NCBI RefSeq assembly: GCF_006345805.1
Contig: NC_043016.1
Span: forward strand, 27,652,001 to 27,716,000
Source of the DNA: Octopus sinensis
Lineage: Eukaryota
Length of the DNA stretch: 64,000 nt
Direction of reading: 5' to 3'
The position numbers and the translations under genes were made by a program. The notes below the pieces were generated by a model that did no database searches, had not been told where the DNA came from, and was given only the letters and a program-made list of their open reading frames with translations. Of this stretch, positions 63,108 through 64,000 are shown one piece after another (position 1 is the stretch's first letter; each line of letters begins with the position of its first letter).

Positions 63108-63708
63108 AATAAATAAATGGATAAATAAAAAAGATAAATGCTTTCATTGAGACATTATCTTCTTAAGAGGAAACATTAGAGTAAACTAGGGTCAAACACA
63201 GTTCAAATAATAATAATATTAGTAATAATAATAACAACAACAACAATAGCAACAATGTCTATAAATGATATTAATACAACCCCATGGCTGTTATTGACTG
63301 ACATGGAAGATAGTGAAGGTAAAAAGTTGAGGTAACTGCTAAAACAAATGCTGGTTGGAGGGGGCGGTTCTTTTCTTTTTGTGAGAATTGCTGTGGTGTG
63401 TGAGTGGTGGTGAGGAAAGGAGGGGGAGAATGAAGCTAATCATTCATTGTTATTTTGCTTGTGTTCTTTTTTTGTTGTTGTTGTTGTTATAAAAAGCCTA
63501 ATGATGTTTTAATGAACACCTTTGGGTCTGTTATGTGAGAAGAATTAATTTTTTTTTAAAAAAAAGAGAAATAATGATGATAGAACAAAAAACATGAAAA
63601 TAAATCACTTTAATTCTTTTCTCATTCAATGTGGAATAAAAGTAAATATGCATAATATGTATGCATATGTCTAATATAAATGCACACATACACACACATA
63701 CATATGTG

Positions 63709-64000
63709 CAGGGTGTTGAGGTTAAATTTCACAATTATTTATGTCTCCTTTCTTTCAGGAACAGTTTGATATATCGGTGAACAATCAATGGCATTGTAGA
63801 GCTTAAAGATTAAAGCTGTTGCCAAGAAAAAGTAGGCTCACATATTGGTAAAAAAGTCACTGGTATCATGGTGATTTGCACTGAGTTTCAAAATGCCAAC
63901 ATCATGACTGGTGCTCAATGCTCTATGAACACTGTAAAGGCTGTAGTGAACAGCAGGGACAGAGACTACCTAGCCAAGGCCAGCATGAAGGGACACAGCA
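63709..64000 (+). mobile_element. Probable Tc1/mariner (maT/DD37D-like) left end, runs off the window
   Basis: CAGGGTG start; frame IMVICTEFQNANIMTGAQCSMNTVKAVV...KASMKGHS resembles a helix-turn-helix transposase N-terminus. The family assignment is uncertain. Confidence 0.4.

Noticed and set aside
63255-63318. Possible first coding exon (MSINDINTTPWLLLTDMEDSE, donor GTAAAA)
   Set aside because: Too short, no recognisable homology, weak donor and no downstream exon in the window.

Overview
AT-rich eukaryotic DNA, dense in microsatellites and SINEs. The repeat families look like those of an octopod cephalopod (inferred, not database-checked). There is one credible host gene: a single-coding-exon, 433-aa Giant-like PAR-family bZIP transcription factor (40727-42028, +). 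It has a strong splice acceptor at 40658 and an in-frame upstream stop, so its promoter and non-coding first exon lie upstream. They are possibly in the CpG-rich 0-17 kb zone, which holds CCAAT, D-box, CRE and E-box clusters. A 100-N scaffold gap sits at 7493-7592. The rest is transposon-derived: two tRNA-headed SINE head types, RTE LINE relics, TTAA-flanked piggyBac-type MITEs, pogo/Tc2 and hAT MITEs, a Helitron, a HINE-like element and an ~800-bp foldback. The richest locus is 57585-60684: a Tc1/mariner with DD36E spacing, interrupted by a SINE and by a Penelope-like retroelement. The Penelope pseudo-LTR carries a tRNA-like Pol III promoter and a minimal hammerhead ribozyme. A 356-bp tandem repeat at 671-1510 holds what looks like a core-deleted hammerhead of the same design (retrozyme-like). 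Most short ORFs in the supplied track are microsatellite artefacts. Boundaries of old repeats are approximate and were read by eye.
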